A stretch of DNA of 64,000 bases from Microbotryum violaceum (taxonomy: Eukaryota). The DNA lies in NCBI GenBank assembly GCA_001244265.2, contig CDLV01000007.1:558001-622000 (forward strand), given 5' to 3'. Position 1 is the stretch's first letter. The number at the start of each line of letters is the position of its first letter. The position numbers and the translations under genes were made by a program. Under the pieces are notes generated by a model, which did no database searches, was not told where the DNA came from, and worked only from the letters and a program-made list of their open reading frames with translations. Shown piece by piece: positions 38,325-53,789 of this stretch.

Positions 38325-40085
38325 ATGGACAAGTCAATTAGGAGTGCCCCGTCCACGACGGCGACCCCACTACCTGCCGAGTTCGCGCAATACCTCTTCA
38401 GTCAGTTCACGAGTCGGGTCGACTGACGACGACGACTTGCTCGATCGTGGAGGCATCGCCGTTCGTTATCGCCGCGGGTTGGCTGACCCTAAAGAGTTAC
38501 TGTCCTGGGTACCCCACCAAATTCCTCGTAATACCTCGCTTGTTTCATGTCCAAAAGCACATCGCAACTTGTTCGCCGCCGCCACAGCCTCCTTCGTCTC
38601 GACGATCGCCGGCTTTCCGCTCGACAGCATCAAGGCGCGCATCCAGGTGAAGCGGTATTCGGGCGTACTCGACTGTGCTCGATGTACATTCGCAGAGGAA
38701 GGCGTAGCCGGTTTTTTTCGAGGGGTAGGTCTGTGGGGAATGCTTTACGGTGGCTGTCGACGCCCTTTTGCTCGGGTGCAGAAGAGCGAGTTGACAATTC
38801 GAGACCCCTTTTCAACGTCCCCCCCCCCCCCCCTTGCTCGCCCACAACCCCGATTCCCCATATGCACAGGTTTACATACCACTATTAACCATCACCGTCG
38901 TACGCACTGCGTCCTTCTCCATCTATTCCGGCGTCAAGGATCGGCTACTTAAGAAGAGATGGGTCAAAGAAGGGTCCGTCAAGGGGATAGCTGCTTCGGC
39001 TTTTGCAGGTTCGTCATCGTTGTTTGGTTTGCCGTCTGGCGTTGCAGGAACAGAGGCTGATGGTGGCTCTTCTCTTATCCGTTCAGGCGGTGCGGCTTCG
39101 GGATTATTACTCAGTTGCGGCACGACGGCGTTCGAGTTCACAAAGGTGAGTTTGGTCCGAATCTCACGCAGTCTGGAACGATCTGGCATGCGGGCTAATT
39201 GTATGTCTATTTTGGTGCATCAGATTAAATTGCGTAAGTTTTCTGCGGCGCGAGAGGTAGATAGGTCACAGTGATGTCCAACTGCAGCGCTGACCTTTGC
39301 GGAAAACCTTGGTCGTCGGGGCAGAATTGGAGTATCTGATAGCGTTGAGTCGAGAATTTGTGACAGTAGAGATTGGCGATTGGCTGACCTCGGAATCGAC
39401 TGTGATCATTGCACAGAATGAAGAAAGGGATACCTTACGAACCTAGAGGGACCATTCGAGGATACCTGGACGTGAGCCTTCTCAAACACCTGGCCTGAAC
39501 GAGCGAAACATCATCTGACCCTGATCCTCCTCCAACGATCACAGCTCTACCGAGCCGGCGGCCTTCGATCCCTCTACACCGGTTTTACCCTCCACGCCGC
39601 ACGAGACACCGTCGGCACAGGGTTCTACTTCTGTTTCTACGACACCGCACGACACCTCTTCGTCGACAACCCATCGGTACCCGTACCGCACGTCATCTCG
39701 ACTTTTGCCTGTGGTTCGACAGCGGGTATCCTCAGTTGGGCCGTCATTTACCCCGTCGACTTGATCAAGTCCAAAACGCAACGAAATGCGTTGGCGGGAG
39801 TCCGTATGAGAGTCCGATGAGTATCTTCAGAAGGTTGAGTGCGGGAGGGGTGACGAAACTTTATCGAGGGTTGGGCGTCAGCGCTTTTAGGAGCGTCTTC
39901 ACCCATGGTTTGATGTGTGAGTTTGTACAAGGCTAATTTCATCGAATGGCTTCGAATTTGGGGAGAACTGATTACTGCTCTGATGGATGTGCATCATGCC
40001 ACTCACAGGGACGGTCTTGGAAAAGGTCCGAGGGGAGATCACGGTTCGGACAGGACATTCGATTGCGGAGGACGTAGAATATTGA
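38325..40085 (+). CDS. Mitochondrial carrier family (SLC25) protein
   Basis: Signature repeats FPLDSIKARIQ...EEGVAGFFRG, AFEFTK|IKL|Q, YPVDLIKSKTQ...KLYRGLG. One apparent 1-nt deletion at about 39796-39798 in the third repeat. Confidence 0.88.
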
Positions 40086-40286
40086 GCAAATGAGTAGTGC
40101 ATTTCCTAATCTATAGCATGCATACACGCCTTGTCTGCGACTCGCATCCAAATGTTTCGACCATTGCTCTCTCGTCCGCCAAGGCGGAAACTGTTCGAGA
40201 GATCGTGGCAGGACCAATGCTGGGTCGGCTACTAATAATACAACAACACGTGCAAGATCACGAGGCTCTGGTACGCATATAGAAAG

Positions 40287-41873
40287 TTAATTGCTCGATT
40301 GAGGGAGATCGGCAAGAGTTGTGGTCGATTCGATCGTCCCACCTCCTAAACACCACGTTCCATTGTAGAGCACGACGGCTTGGCCAGGTGAAACGCCGAT
40401 CAAGGGTTCGTTGAGCTCGATCTCGAGCGAGTAATCACTGTATACAGAGGTAAGAATTTAGTTTGATTCACACCATCTAGCTTTTGCATGCCCCGCATCG
40501 AAGACTTACCCTGCTCTTCGAACTACACTTCGGGCCAGCGACCGTTCTTGCAACGATCGAGTTTGAGCATCGACCTTGAAACCCTCGGCAGAATTGATTT
40601 CGCTCGGTGGATGATGGGAGGACAGCCACTTGAAGTCTTTGGTGAAGAGTTTGACAACCCGAAGGATTGGTGAACTGCAGGGACACAGAGGATTAGTGCC
40701 GCTTATGTTGGTCAGTCGGAGCATTGTACAGAAAATCCTTCTAGATGCGCAAAACTGACTCTTCAGGGACGACAACGATCTCATTATTCTTCCGATCTTT
40801 TCGACCGATGAAATGTCGTGAAGGAAGACCTGGTAACCGAGCACCTTCACCGATGGTGTATTGCCATAGTCCTTGGTGCTGTCCGACGATCTTGCCAGAA
40901 GTCAGGACGATATGGCCGGGCTTCGGAGGAAGGTAAGCGTCTGTCGAACAAGGATGAGACAGATGCGGTTGAATCAGCTGCCCAAACTCATCAAGAGAGA
41001 AGGAGTTCGTTCTCATACCTAACCAGTGCCGGAATCTCTTCCCTTTCTTGCCGACAAAGCAAATCCCCATCGACTCCTTTCTCTCCGTGATCTTGTCCGG
41101 CAAGCCCCAGATTCTCGCCATTTCTTTGACTTCGTCCTTCCTGTACTCTCCCAAGGGGAACAAAGTCCTCTTGAGAGCTGAAACGGGTGATGTGGAGAGG
41201 TAGTAGGATTGGTCCTTGAGGGGATAGGCACCTCGGTGCAAAGCTGGCTCGAGGGGGTCAAGAGAACTGGGTGAGAGACGAGCGTAATGGCCTGTGGCTA
41301 GATAAGCGTTTGGGTCCTTGTCGAAAAGAATTGAAGGTAGAGTTCGGAATTTGATCTCCCTGCGGAATGGTGCGAATTTTGGGTTCAGTCATCCCGTTGG
41401 GGCGAAGGGGTTGATGTCATTGCTCGGGGAGGAAAATCCTGCACTCGGTAAAAATGAAAAGCTGCCCAAACGTACTGATTGCATACGACATCCGGATTAG
41501 GCGTTACACCTCTCTCCCACTCCCCCAATGACCTCTCAAAGACCTCATTCCAATACTGCTTTGACAGATCAACCAGCGTCGGCTCGACCCCTCCCAAGCT
41601 CTCTTTACAAAGCACTTGCACCTGTTCCCAATCCTTCTCCCACTCGCACCCACCCGAATGTTGGCTATTCTCGTCCAATGCGTCCCAGTTGCGCATGAAT
41701 ACGGGTCGTACGTCGTAGTCCCTTTCGAGGAGGAGGCGAGCGGTGACGGATGAATCGATGCCGGCAGAACAGGCGACATAGATCTTGCTGCCCCGCAGAG
41801 GGAAGTTCCATGCCGTCAGTGGTGGGTAGAGTGGTGTTGGGTTGGGCTTGAACCGTGCTAGGGTGAAGCGCAT
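40287..41873 (-). CDS. SLM3: Mitochondrial tRNA-specific 2-thiouridylase (MnmA/Mtu1/Slm3)
   Basis: PP-loop CSAGIDSSV, VFMRNWD, TPNPDVVCN|REIKF, ATGHYAR, KDQSYYL, ESMGICFVG, GQHQGLWQYTIGE, VSPGQAVVLY...CLGGGTI. Confidence 0.92.
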
Positions 41874-42097
41874 CTGCGAGACGGCGAAGACACAAGAGAG
41901 CGGATAAAGACGGAACCGAAGCCGGATCGACCGCTGCGGATCGGTCGCGATCTGATTCGCAGTGAGTCACGTGACAGAAACGGAAAGAAATCTCCAACTC
42001 GAAGTCTTGTTTGCTTCAAGGGTGATATGGTCATAAAATGGGGATGAGTTGCGAGAGGTTTTACTGCTACATTGTTCACCGGAGAAATCTCCTCCAC

Positions 42098-44120
42098 TCA
42101 ATCATCCTTGCCCTCGGTGGTCGGGTTCATCCTGAACCACTCCTCCCTCGCCTCCTCCTTCCTCCTCTTCTCCTGCTTCCACTCCTGCGCTTTCCTCGAC
42201 AACTCCTTCTTAGCTCCCTCCCCAAGCAGCTCAAACACCTTGAACGGCGTCTCTGCCCCCTGTCCCACCCCCCATCTCTCCTCATCCCAAGCAATCCCAC
42301 TCCCACTCCTCACCACGGCCCATCCTTCCAATTCGCGCCTCCATCTCAACTCCTTGTCCAACCTCTCCTTCCTCAACTCACTCTCCATCTTGGGTGGGTA
42401 CTTCTCCTCCGCCTTCGTAAAAGACCTTTCACCCGAATTGATCTCTCTCGCCGTCTTCAACTTGGGCGGCAGATCATCCTTGTAATAACTCCTCTTGGCG
42501 AACTCGTGAGCGGTCGGAAGCTTGCGGTACGAACGACGGAATTGCAATGCCATTTCATCCGTTTCGGCGAGGAAGTCGAGATCGGGCGAGCCGGTCAGGG
42601 CTTTGGCGTCCTCGATGACGGATTCGTGTTGTTCGCCTCGTCGGATCGCAGCGACTGTTTCATCGTTTAAGAGCGCTTCGGGCTGGAGTGCGGTAGGGGG
42701 AGCGTGAAAAGGTCGGGTTTGCGCCCAAATGGCCGCCAAGGCGTATTCGCCACCTCGTCGGACGTCGGAGCGGTGGTTGAAGAAGTGATAGAGCTTGGAA
42801 GGCCATTTCTGAATACCGAAAGCGTACGAGAAGGGGACGAGGAGGAGCGGAGGTTGTTCGGGGATGGTCGAGGGAGGAGGCAAGATTAGGGGGGTCTCGT
42901 GATCTGTCGGCTCGAGCGATGGCTTGGTTTTGCTCGAAGTGTTCGGGGTAATGCCGATCGCACTGTAAGGGGTGTAGCTGAGCGAGTCTAGACCCGGTGC
43001 CGATGTCGTCGACTGCGCCTCCGAGGCGTTGACGCTGTTCAATCCTTTCGGGATCTTGACATCGTCGAACGGTCCTCCCAGAGGGTTCTTGGCGTCCTCC
43101 TCCTCCAACTCCCTGATCATCAACTCTTCCTCCCTCTCCCACCTCCCATCCTTTCTCCTCTCGCTCGATCCCAAGCCCAATCCTTCCAATCGTGCCTCTT
43201 TCCTGAGATCGATCGCCTCGCTGTACCCCTTCTTCATCGCCCACAAATACTCCTTCAAGGCCGATCGACCCAACAGGATGATACCGCCTTCCTTCTCGTG
43301 CAGGCGTTCCTGTTCCTCCTTGGCCGAGAGGACGAGCTCGACGTTCTCCTGCGCCGAGTTGGTCGTCGAGACGTTGCTGGTCGAGGCTTTGGCCGAGGCG
43401 ATGGAAGGGTCTTTGGAGGCTTCGGTGATGCGTCGTGCGCGGATCTCGGCGAGGAGAGTACGTCCTAGTCCTCCAGGGTTGGTCCCCGTTTTGATGATGT
43501 AGTCCGTCCCACTCGCGACCAAGATGGGCTGCGGAGGGTGCGGTAATGAGTATTGGTTCATTTCGATCGTGCATTGGGATGCATTTTTTACTCACCCTCA
43601 TGTACCTCTTGAACCATTTCGTACTCCTCTCCAACTCGCCATCATCCGGAACCCTAGCCCCATAAACCTTCAATTTTCTCGCGTTCTGTTCGGACCCCAT
43701 CGTCTCCTCCGACATCCACTTGACCTTATCGATGTACTCCTGCTGTATCCTCTTGCATTCCCTTCGGTCGTATATATAGGCTCCCGTTAGGGTCACCGTC
43801 GTCAGTAGGAACACGGACATTTTGGGTCCCGGTCGTTTCGGTCGCCAGTCAAAGACCGCTTGAGGGATACCGAGGTAGACGAAGCTGTGGAGAAGGATTG
43901 GAGATGAATGATCGAGACCCGTGAGATGAGTTTGTTTGGATACTCACGGATTGGTCGGTCGCTTCACGGGCGGAGGAAGGACTCGAGGAGTTGCCGCGAC
44001 TTTGGGTGCGGGTGCACTAGCCGCCGCAGGTACAGGTGTTGCTTCCGGTACAGCAGGGACGACATTGGGTGTCGAGCCCGAAGGAGCCGGAGGTGGAGGA
44101 GGTGGTGGTGGTGTGGACAT
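42098..44120 (-). CDS. TIM54: Mitochondrial inner-membrane TIM22 complex subunit Tim54
   Basis: NP|FVYLGIP...PGPKMSVFLLTTVTLTGAYIYDRRECKRIQQEY..KV, VPDDGEL...WFKRYMR|PILVASGTDY, GRSALKEYLWAMKKG, LLVPFSYAFGIQKWPSKLYHFFNHR. Confidence 0.88.
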
Positions 44121-44589
44121 GTTTGGTGGAATGAGGATTGAGCTCGAAAGCTCGAGGGTCGTTACGGAGAAGGCCACGAATGTCCCGAGCTTCGCAAGCC
44201 CGCGCGCGAGCCTCGGCCGGGCGATCGTTCCAGTAGCGTTCCCGCTTGGACCTCCGCTTCGAATTCATTACTAACTAGGGTGATCGACCGGGAGCAGACA
44301 CTACTAAGTAACTACTGATTTGCTTCACAATCGTGAAGGTTTTTTTTTGCAAAAGTCGATGTGAAAGACGGCTAGCGTGGTCGTTAGTGAGAGAATCAGG
44401 CAATCAGCAGATATCTGCCTGTGCATCATCCACCCGGCCGACGTGTCAGCTGGCTGACCGATCAGGCCCATCTACCGAGTTCTGCAGTGACACTCCAGTT
44501 CTGTGCACTTCGCACTCTACCTTTCTTCTCCAACAAGCACATAGAGGAGACCAGCTCGCGCCCTACATCCTCCTCCTCCTTCCCCAAAC

Positions 44590-45625
44590 ATGTCCTACCG
44601 CAAATACACCCACCTCGATCCCCTACCGACCACGTTCGACACGAGCTCGACTCTCCCCGAGGGGACGAACCCCGACGGCAAATCCCTCGCCAACGATCAG
44701 ACCAGAGCGAGTCAGAGTCCTTGGTATGAGAAGTACGATCAGCCCTTTCTGACGAATGGGAGTAGGAGCGATAATGTGTTCGAGTGAGTGATTGCGGTCG
44801 GGATTCATCCCCGGAAGGTCCGCCATACATGTGGGGGCGGATTGTGTGCCGGGGGTGTCAGGCCGCGGCTGAGACTGAATATGCTAGGCTGGGACTGACA
44901 TACGGCGATTTGGGTGTTGCCAGCTTCCACATCTATTACAACTTGGGCTCCAAGACTCAGGTACGTCCCAGCTTTTCGCGTGTTGGCTATCATTCGTATG
45001 CAATGGACTGGTGCGATGGCTCTCCAGTTCCGCACGATCCTCACTTCACGCGTGCCCAGGCTGGCTAGTCATCTGACTTGGCGCTACAGACAAAAATGTC
45101 GCACGGCCCCTCTTCTCAAAAGGATCTCATAAAAGAACGGGTCGACTTATACTTTGCCTGTCACTCTGCTCTCGACCAGGTCGAACACGCGAAAAAATTG
45201 CACGAACGCATCCGCCGCGAGTTCCCCGAGTTACGACTCTACAAGATCTGGGATAGAGCGGTGGGGTCAGTGCGCTTTACCTGGGACATGTCCTGTTATT
45301 CTACCATACGGGCCAACTCTACTGAAGTTCAAGTGGAACCCTCTCCTTCAGGCCCCACCCGATCGCCATGTTCGAAGTCAACGTTTTCACGCCCGTCCAA
45401 GTCGGCGCTCTGTTGGGGTTTTTGGTCGCTTACCGCGGACCCTTGTCCGTACTGTGAGTCCCTATGGATCTTGGCCCCTTGGGTCTTCAGGTGACTGATT
45501 GGAGGATGGCAACCTACAGGGTTCACCCCAACACGAGCGACGCTCTGAGAGACCACACCGAGCGAGCGACCTGGATGGGCACTCCTATCCCGCTCATCAC
45601 CGAATTCCTCGAAGCGGATCACTGA
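44590..45625 (+). CDS. DOPA 4,5-dioxygenase family protein (fungal DODA type)
   Basis: FD|FHIYY, LHERIRREFPELRLYKIWDRAVG|PHPIAMFEVNVFTP, YRGPLSVL|VHPNTSDALRDHTERATWMG; conserved His residues present. Confidence 0.88.
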
Positions 45626-45672
45626 GCCTAGTGTATAATCCCAGCCTAGTACCCGATCGCACCGTTGTATTC

Positions 45673-47225
<1,553 letters not shown>

Positions 47226-47435
47226 GATCTGGGGGGATGTTGAGGTGGGTGTCTCTGCGGCGCTCGAGGACGGCCGCCGGAAAGTGGGGTGTGCGAAGTA
47301 ACTGGAGGCGGTCCGAGCACAAGCAAGCCAGCGCCAGCGCCAAGGCCCAACCCCACCTCACCGCCCTGGCCTCCCTTACGCGCTTCCCTCGTCCACCCCC
47401 AGCGATTCTGTCCCACCCCACCGGTCAAGCGTGGC

Positions 47436-50391
47436 ATGTCGTTCTGGAAGCCAGGTACGGTCGCGCCCGGTTCGTCGATCGACCGGGATGGTGACTCGTC
47501 CGCTGCGGAGGGGGGAGCCGGTTCCTCCGTGGGGGCCATCACGGGCAGAGTCGCGCACAACATCTCCGTCGCAGAGAGGAGGTATCGGTTGCCTATAGCC
47601 AAGCAGAGTCAGTCCATAAGATGACGATCCGGCTCTCCGCAGCGCTGTGAGACCCGAGCGCTGATCTTCCCCATGTTCAACCCCCACTTTTTCTACTCGA
47701 TCCCGACCTCGGATCGGCGCGAACACGCAAATGCAGAGGACGCCTTGCTGTATCTGCTGGAACATCATCCCGTCGTCGTGCTACAGTCGCCCACCGGAAC
47801 CGGCAAGAGTACTCAACTGCCTCAGTTCTTGCTCGAAGCCGGATGGGCGAGCGAAGGCAAATCCATCGGCATCACACAGCCGAGGAGGTGAGACAGACAC
47901 ACTTCTCAAAGCTCATCCTCTGCACCAGAAACTGACCTGATTTCGATTGCCATGCCCCAGGGTAGCCGCGGTGTCGGTCGCCCAACGCGTCGCCGAAGAA
48001 GTCGGTTCCGTGCTCGGCGACCAAGTCGGTTACTCGATCCGGTTCGAGGCATTGTGCAACCCCGAGACCAAGATTCTGTTCCTCACCGATGGCATGCTCT
48101 TCAGAGAGATCTTGTTGGATCCGCTCTTGTCAAAGTGGGTCTGGCGAGCATGACGCGCTCCCTGAGAGGGTGACTTATGATCTTCAAGCTCGCCTGTGAT
48201 CACACAGGTACTCGGTCATCATGGTCGACGAAGCTCACGAGAGGAGCACTTATACCGATCTTTTGTTGGGCGTGCTTAAAAAGTGAGGTCAAGGTTACTC
48301 CTCGTCCTGGTCTGATGTACTAATGCTTCCTACTGATCCCCCAGGATCCGCCGGGTTCGACCCTCCCTGCGCATCATCATTTCCTCCGCGACCATCGATG
48401 CCCAATCCTTCGTCGACTACTTCAACACGTTCCCACTTTCCTCATCCGTAGCATCATCAGGGATCAACCCCAAAGACGACTCGCACCTCCCACCACCGGC
48501 GAAAAGGTCGAGATGGGACGATAAGCGTAAACCAGCCAAGAGTGAGGCGGTCATGGTTCGACTTGAGGGGATATCATACCCCGTCGACATCGCCTACCTT
48601 GAAGAACCGGCGGCGGATCTGGTTCTCAAGGTCGTAGAGACGGTTTTTGACATTCATCTGAAGGTGAGCTACCTCGCACCTTGGCTCCCGAGGCGGAAAT
48701 AGACTCCGACTGACCGCTGTTTCTCACCGCACTAGTACCCACCGGGCGACATTCTCGTCTTCTTGACCGGTCGAGACGAGATTGATCGATGTATCCAGCA
48801 ACTGGCGGACAACATGAATCGGATGCCGAGTGGTGCAGCTGATCTACGGGTACTACCTCTGCATTCGGGTCTTTCGACGGAGGCGCAGATGGCCGTGTTC
48901 CAACCCCCACCGTCGAGAACGAGAAAGGTTATCGTCAGCACAAACGTCGCCGAAGCGTCGGTCACGATCGATGGGATCAAATATGTGATTGATTCGGGCT
49001 TGGTCAAGGTTCGTTTTCGAATTGGACTTGAGCTCAAGCTGTCGTCGAAGGTGCTGACCGGTGACGCTCCGCCACCCGCAGCTCAAATCCTTCAACCCTC
49101 TCACTGGCATGGACGCCTTAGTTACGACCCCGTGTTCCATCGCCTCCCTGCAACAACGGGCTGGAAGAGCTGGCCGTACTTCCCCTGGCAAATGTTTTCG
49201 CTTGTTCCCCTCCTCCGTCCTCCCCTCGCTCCTCCCGACAACTCCACCCGAACTCACGCGCTCCGACCTCTCCCTCGTCGTCCTCCAACTCCGTCTTTTA
49301 GGTATTCAGAACGTCCTTCGGTTCGACTGGATGAATCCGCCTGGTTCGGCGATGTTGGAACGAGCGCTCGAGTTCTTGTTCTGTCTCGGCGCGTTGGATG
49401 ACGAGGGCAAATTGACCAAACCCTTGGGGGAGAGGATGGCGGAAATGCCGATTGATTGTATGATGGCCAAGATTGTGAGTGGGGGTACAAGTTACAAGCT
49501 GATTCAGCTCTGATGCTAATGCGACGTGCTCGTTTGCGGTTTACGTAGTTGCTCGACTCGGCGGAATTCGGTTGCTCGAATGAGATCTTGACAATCGCGG
49601 CGATGAGTAGCGTTCAGGTAAGCGACAGGCTGACCGTGAAGATGCGCAAGACTTCACCTCAACATTGCTGCCATGTTTCACAGAACGTCTTCATCATGGA
49701 CGAAGGCGACTCGGTGCGCCACGAACTCGAACGACGCAAATTCATCGTCGAAGAAGGCGACCATCTCACCCATCTCAACGTCTACAACGCCTTCGTCAAA
49801 CACGGTCGCAAGGCATCAAAGTGGTGTCATACCCATAGGCTCAACTTCAAGGCCTTGTCGAGGGCGTTGAGTATCCGTACGCAGCTGAAGAAGTATCTCC
49901 AGAGATTCGAGATTCCATTGATTTCTTGTGGGACGGATCATGCGAAGGTCAGGAGATGTTTGACGAGTGGGTATTTCAGGAACTGCGCGAGGGTGCAGCC
50001 GGATGGAACGTATCGGAGTGTCAGGGAGAACGCGGTGAGTCTTGGGGCTTGGACCTGCATGGACTGACCCCTCACGAGGGTTGTGGCTAATTGTTCGCAT
50101 GCGCGTTGGCTTGGATGACAGCTCTTACATGTCCATCCTAGCTCGGTTATGTTCACACGAACGCCCTTGACGCCTTATGTCATCTACCACGAAGTGATTG
50201 AAAGTCAGTCACGGCTTTGTCTTGAAGGGCTACGCGAAACAAACAGAAGCGGTGCTGATGTTGAGCTTGATCCCCTGCACCCAGCTACGAAGAGGTTCAT
50301 GCGCGACGTAACATCCATCGAAGTCGAGTGGTTGACGGAGCTGGCACCTCATTATTATTCGTTCAAAGAGACCGAGTCTGCCGTGCAGTAG
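47436..50391 (+). CDS. DEAH-box RNA helicase, DHX35-like
   Basis: N-terminal MSFWKPGT (characteristic of DHX35), [56 protein letters not shown], followed by HA2/OB-fold regions. Confidence 0.92.
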
Positions 50392-50927
50392 GGTGGTCGA
50401 CAAGGCTTTTACCGGGACGCGTCACACCTTACATTGTTGTTGGATTACGGAGGTGTTTTGGGGTGATGTTAATGTAGATCGTGAACTCCACGGACAAGCA
50501 GGCTTGATAAGCTCAACGCATATCCTCTCCGGATATAAGGGGGAAGTTCCAAGTCATTCACTTCTTACGAAAGGAGTTTTTCGATTCAGCCGAAGAGGTC
50601 GAGGCGCTGAGCCCGGGAGCGCTTGGCCTTGGGCCCTCTCCGCTTTCCCCACCTCAAAGCGGAGATTCGGTGGCTCCTTTCGGGGGAGGTTTTGGAAGGT
50701 GATCTAGGCCAACACCTAGGCTAGCAGGTGAGGATAAGCGCCTCAAGTAAATGTCTATGAAAACGTGCTAGTCTCTTGGCGAGGATCCGTGATTCATCGA
50801 AGAGAGCTGAGGGTCTCGCTTTGGGGTTTCTTTGCCTTCCTTCCCCCCCCCCCCCCCCCGATAAGGCTTCTTTGGTTCGATCCTTCCTTCTTCCTGGTTG
50901 TGAACTGAATACCATCTTCGCGTAGCG

Positions 50928-53213
50928 ATGAATTATGTGCATGGAGGACTCGGTGAGTCTCTCTTCTCGGCTACGAACGATCCGCGCGCTACTTTATCGC
51001 CGTCGCCCAGATCAAGAACGTGCTCGGCGCTTGCTAGGCCCTTCGACCCACGTCACGTGGACCGCGATCACACACCGAGACTGACATCCTTGTCCTGTGC
51101 TGTCCATCAGATCAACTTGATCAGAACCCCTCAAAGATAGATCAGCACGGCTCTTTCGATCCCCGCAAAATTCCTGGTCCCCGGCACACTGCTCCCGAAG
51201 CGGAAACACCCCTCTCCCCCGCCTTCGTCAATGAACAGGGGCCCCGCATTGGGGCCGAACTTGACCGCTCCTCCGCCTCCCCTCAATCGACTGACTTGAG
51301 GAATGAGATGGCGCACCTCGAGCGGAAGATCCAGTCTATGGCCGAGATCTGTGAAAGGATGGAAGCGGAAAGGAGGGAGACGACGGAGGAGGTGGAGAAC
51401 CTACGTCGGGAGGTGGCGTTGAGTAAGAGGAGGAGGGGGCAGGGGTCGAAAAGTCTGGCGGTGATCTTGTTGTGAGTTCAGCGAGCCCTTTCCCGTGTCT
51501 TCATGACTTTGATGTTGATATAACAACTTTATCGCCCAAAGAGACTTTGAACTCGACATGTTCGACTCCACCCTCTTCCACCGGCCCGACGAAGCGGGTC
51601 GAAATGCCGCTCGAGGATTGCGCAACAAAGTTCGATCGTACCTACCCGCAGAGAGAGCCGGCTGCAGTGTGATGGCCTACGTATTTTTGTGGGTACTTCT
51701 CCTATTTTTGTTCTGCCTCGGTGGGCTGTTTATGCTTGAACTGTTTTTTGTGGGGTATCGAGCAGATCTCGGGACTCACAACTTGTCGCGGATATGTGCG
51801 CTGAGGGTGTAATTAGCTCAGAGAGAGAGTTGGACGAATTCGTGAGCATAGCTTGCTTAGTACAGTACGTTCATTCTGCTTTAATACTGACTGCAGCAAT
51901 TGAGATCCCACCAGGTGGCATCGTTCAACAACGCACATCCTTTGTTTCTACTCATATCGTCCGATGCACCGAGGAACGAGACACTGCAGCGCTTACGAGG
52001 TTGGTCGAATACGCCATTCAACTCCTTCAATCTCTCCCAAGTTCACTAATTGAACTCAGATCTTGACCACCCAAGGCCTAGCAGCGCTCTATTCCCGCCT
52101 TGACTCTTGCTCGTCGCTCATCCTCGGTCGTTGGGCCCTCGACCTCGAATGCGCCAACATGATCTGTTCTGGATCTTCAACACCCGAGGAAACTCCGAGG
52201 TACCCAAAGAAAATCAGCTTCGTTGAACCTGTTGTCGGAACTTGGGTTCCTCCCGAATTGATCCAACGCTCTCCTGTCATTCTGGACACTTCGGGTTTGC
52301 TGAGGAAGACATTGCTGCGCCGAAATAGGGGGGCGATGAGGGGGTTGAAGCTGGATGAGTACAGAGTAAGTCCACATTGGATGGCTTTGATGGCTACTCG
52401 AGCTGAGCTCAAATGGTAATTGCAGTCACTCCTGGATCAAGCCCCTCCCATTTGCCTGCAGCACTATCTTGGAGAGGTACCGTGCGCGCTAGACAGCTGC
52501 ACTTTCAGTCATGCCTATACAATTTCCAAGGTGAGTCCTCTCGCCTTGTCTGAAAGATTGAAAGCAGAGTTCCAACAGCTGCGTTTTCATTCCAGGACAA
52601 GCTCGACACACTTCGCCACAGTCTCCTCTTCAAACCTTGCGCACAAACGCTTCAAGGAACCGAATGTGCTCTAGCGGACAGTTGCTTCTTCGCCCACGTT
52701 TGTCCTCGAGGATTGAGCTGCTCTCGACAAGGCTGCACCTTCCCAAACTTCATGCATCCGGATCTATCGACCGTGATTGTTCCTATGCTCCGTACTCCCC
52801 TAACCAAGCCGACGACCGATCCGGGGAAAGAAGCACCTTGGCCCCAATTCGTCAAGCGGGCTGAACTTCGTCTCCCACGATCGTCGTTTGTCGTCAAGCT
52901 CAAAGAGTCGAAAGAGAAGATACAGTCCATTTCCATCTCCTCAATCATGCCTCAACTCTCGAAGAGCCACTATAGCGCGCTTCCCGAGTCGAGCGTGACT
53001 GTGCCCCGAGTCGATGCTCAAACACCCCAAAATTCATCCAAACCACCCCTCATTCAGCTATCTTCCTCGAAAACGATCAATCGCATGAAGAGCGGGGACA
53101 ATTTCAACAGAGCCGCGATTCAACGTCTCGGAACCCAAACGCTGTCGAGTGAGGGTCACGGTCCTGGTTCGAAATCGGGTCGCGCCGAAGGCCCGAAGTG
53201 GTGGCAGGTGTGA
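50928..53213 (+). CDS. Coiled-coil + NYN/PIN-like domain + tandem CCCH zinc-finger protein (paralogue A)
   Basis: Spliced frame MNYVHGGLD|QLDQ...MAHLERKIQ...LAVILL|DFELDMFDSTLFHRPDEAGRNAARGLRNKV...LDEF|VASFNNAHPLF...; fingers CLQHYLGEVPCALDSCTFSH, CAQTLQGTECALADSCFFAH, CPRGLSCSRQGCTFPNFMH. Confidence 0.75.
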
Positions 53214-53789
53214 TGAAACTGGCGAGAGCAAGAGGTACGTTGTACCTTCAGGATATCCTACAGTACAACAGTATGAGCGGAACCATTGAACTCATAGCGC
53301 TTACGATTAAAGGATGATTGGTGGACGTGTGGAGATATGAAATGCTGGGGAGGTGGACAAACGGGCGCATGCTCGGGGCGAGAAGCGTGGGGGCCCCAGA
53401 GCAAAGCTAATCTGGGGCTCCCTCTGAGGTGGCCCGACTGATGCAGGCCGTGGTGCTGCCAAGGAAGATGATTGGCGCAGAGAAGGAACAGTGTGTGATG
53501 TCCCGATGAAGAAAGCTATCTGGAAGTCGATAGATGCTGTTATTGCTGATGTCCAGCTAGCTTGAGGAGCTGAGCCTATTTCCGGAGATAGGGGGGCTTG
53601 AGGGAAAAAAAGGTGACCGCGAACGAGAGCAATTTGGACAGGAGGCCCGTGCGAAGTGTGACCGGCAGTGAGGTCAGCTCGACCTCAAATTCACGCCACT
53701 TGCATTCGCCCACCTCTTGACACTGGCTCTTGTGCCATCCACTGCACCCACTGGTCTAGCTGCCACCCCCTGTTCCCGAACCTCCACAT

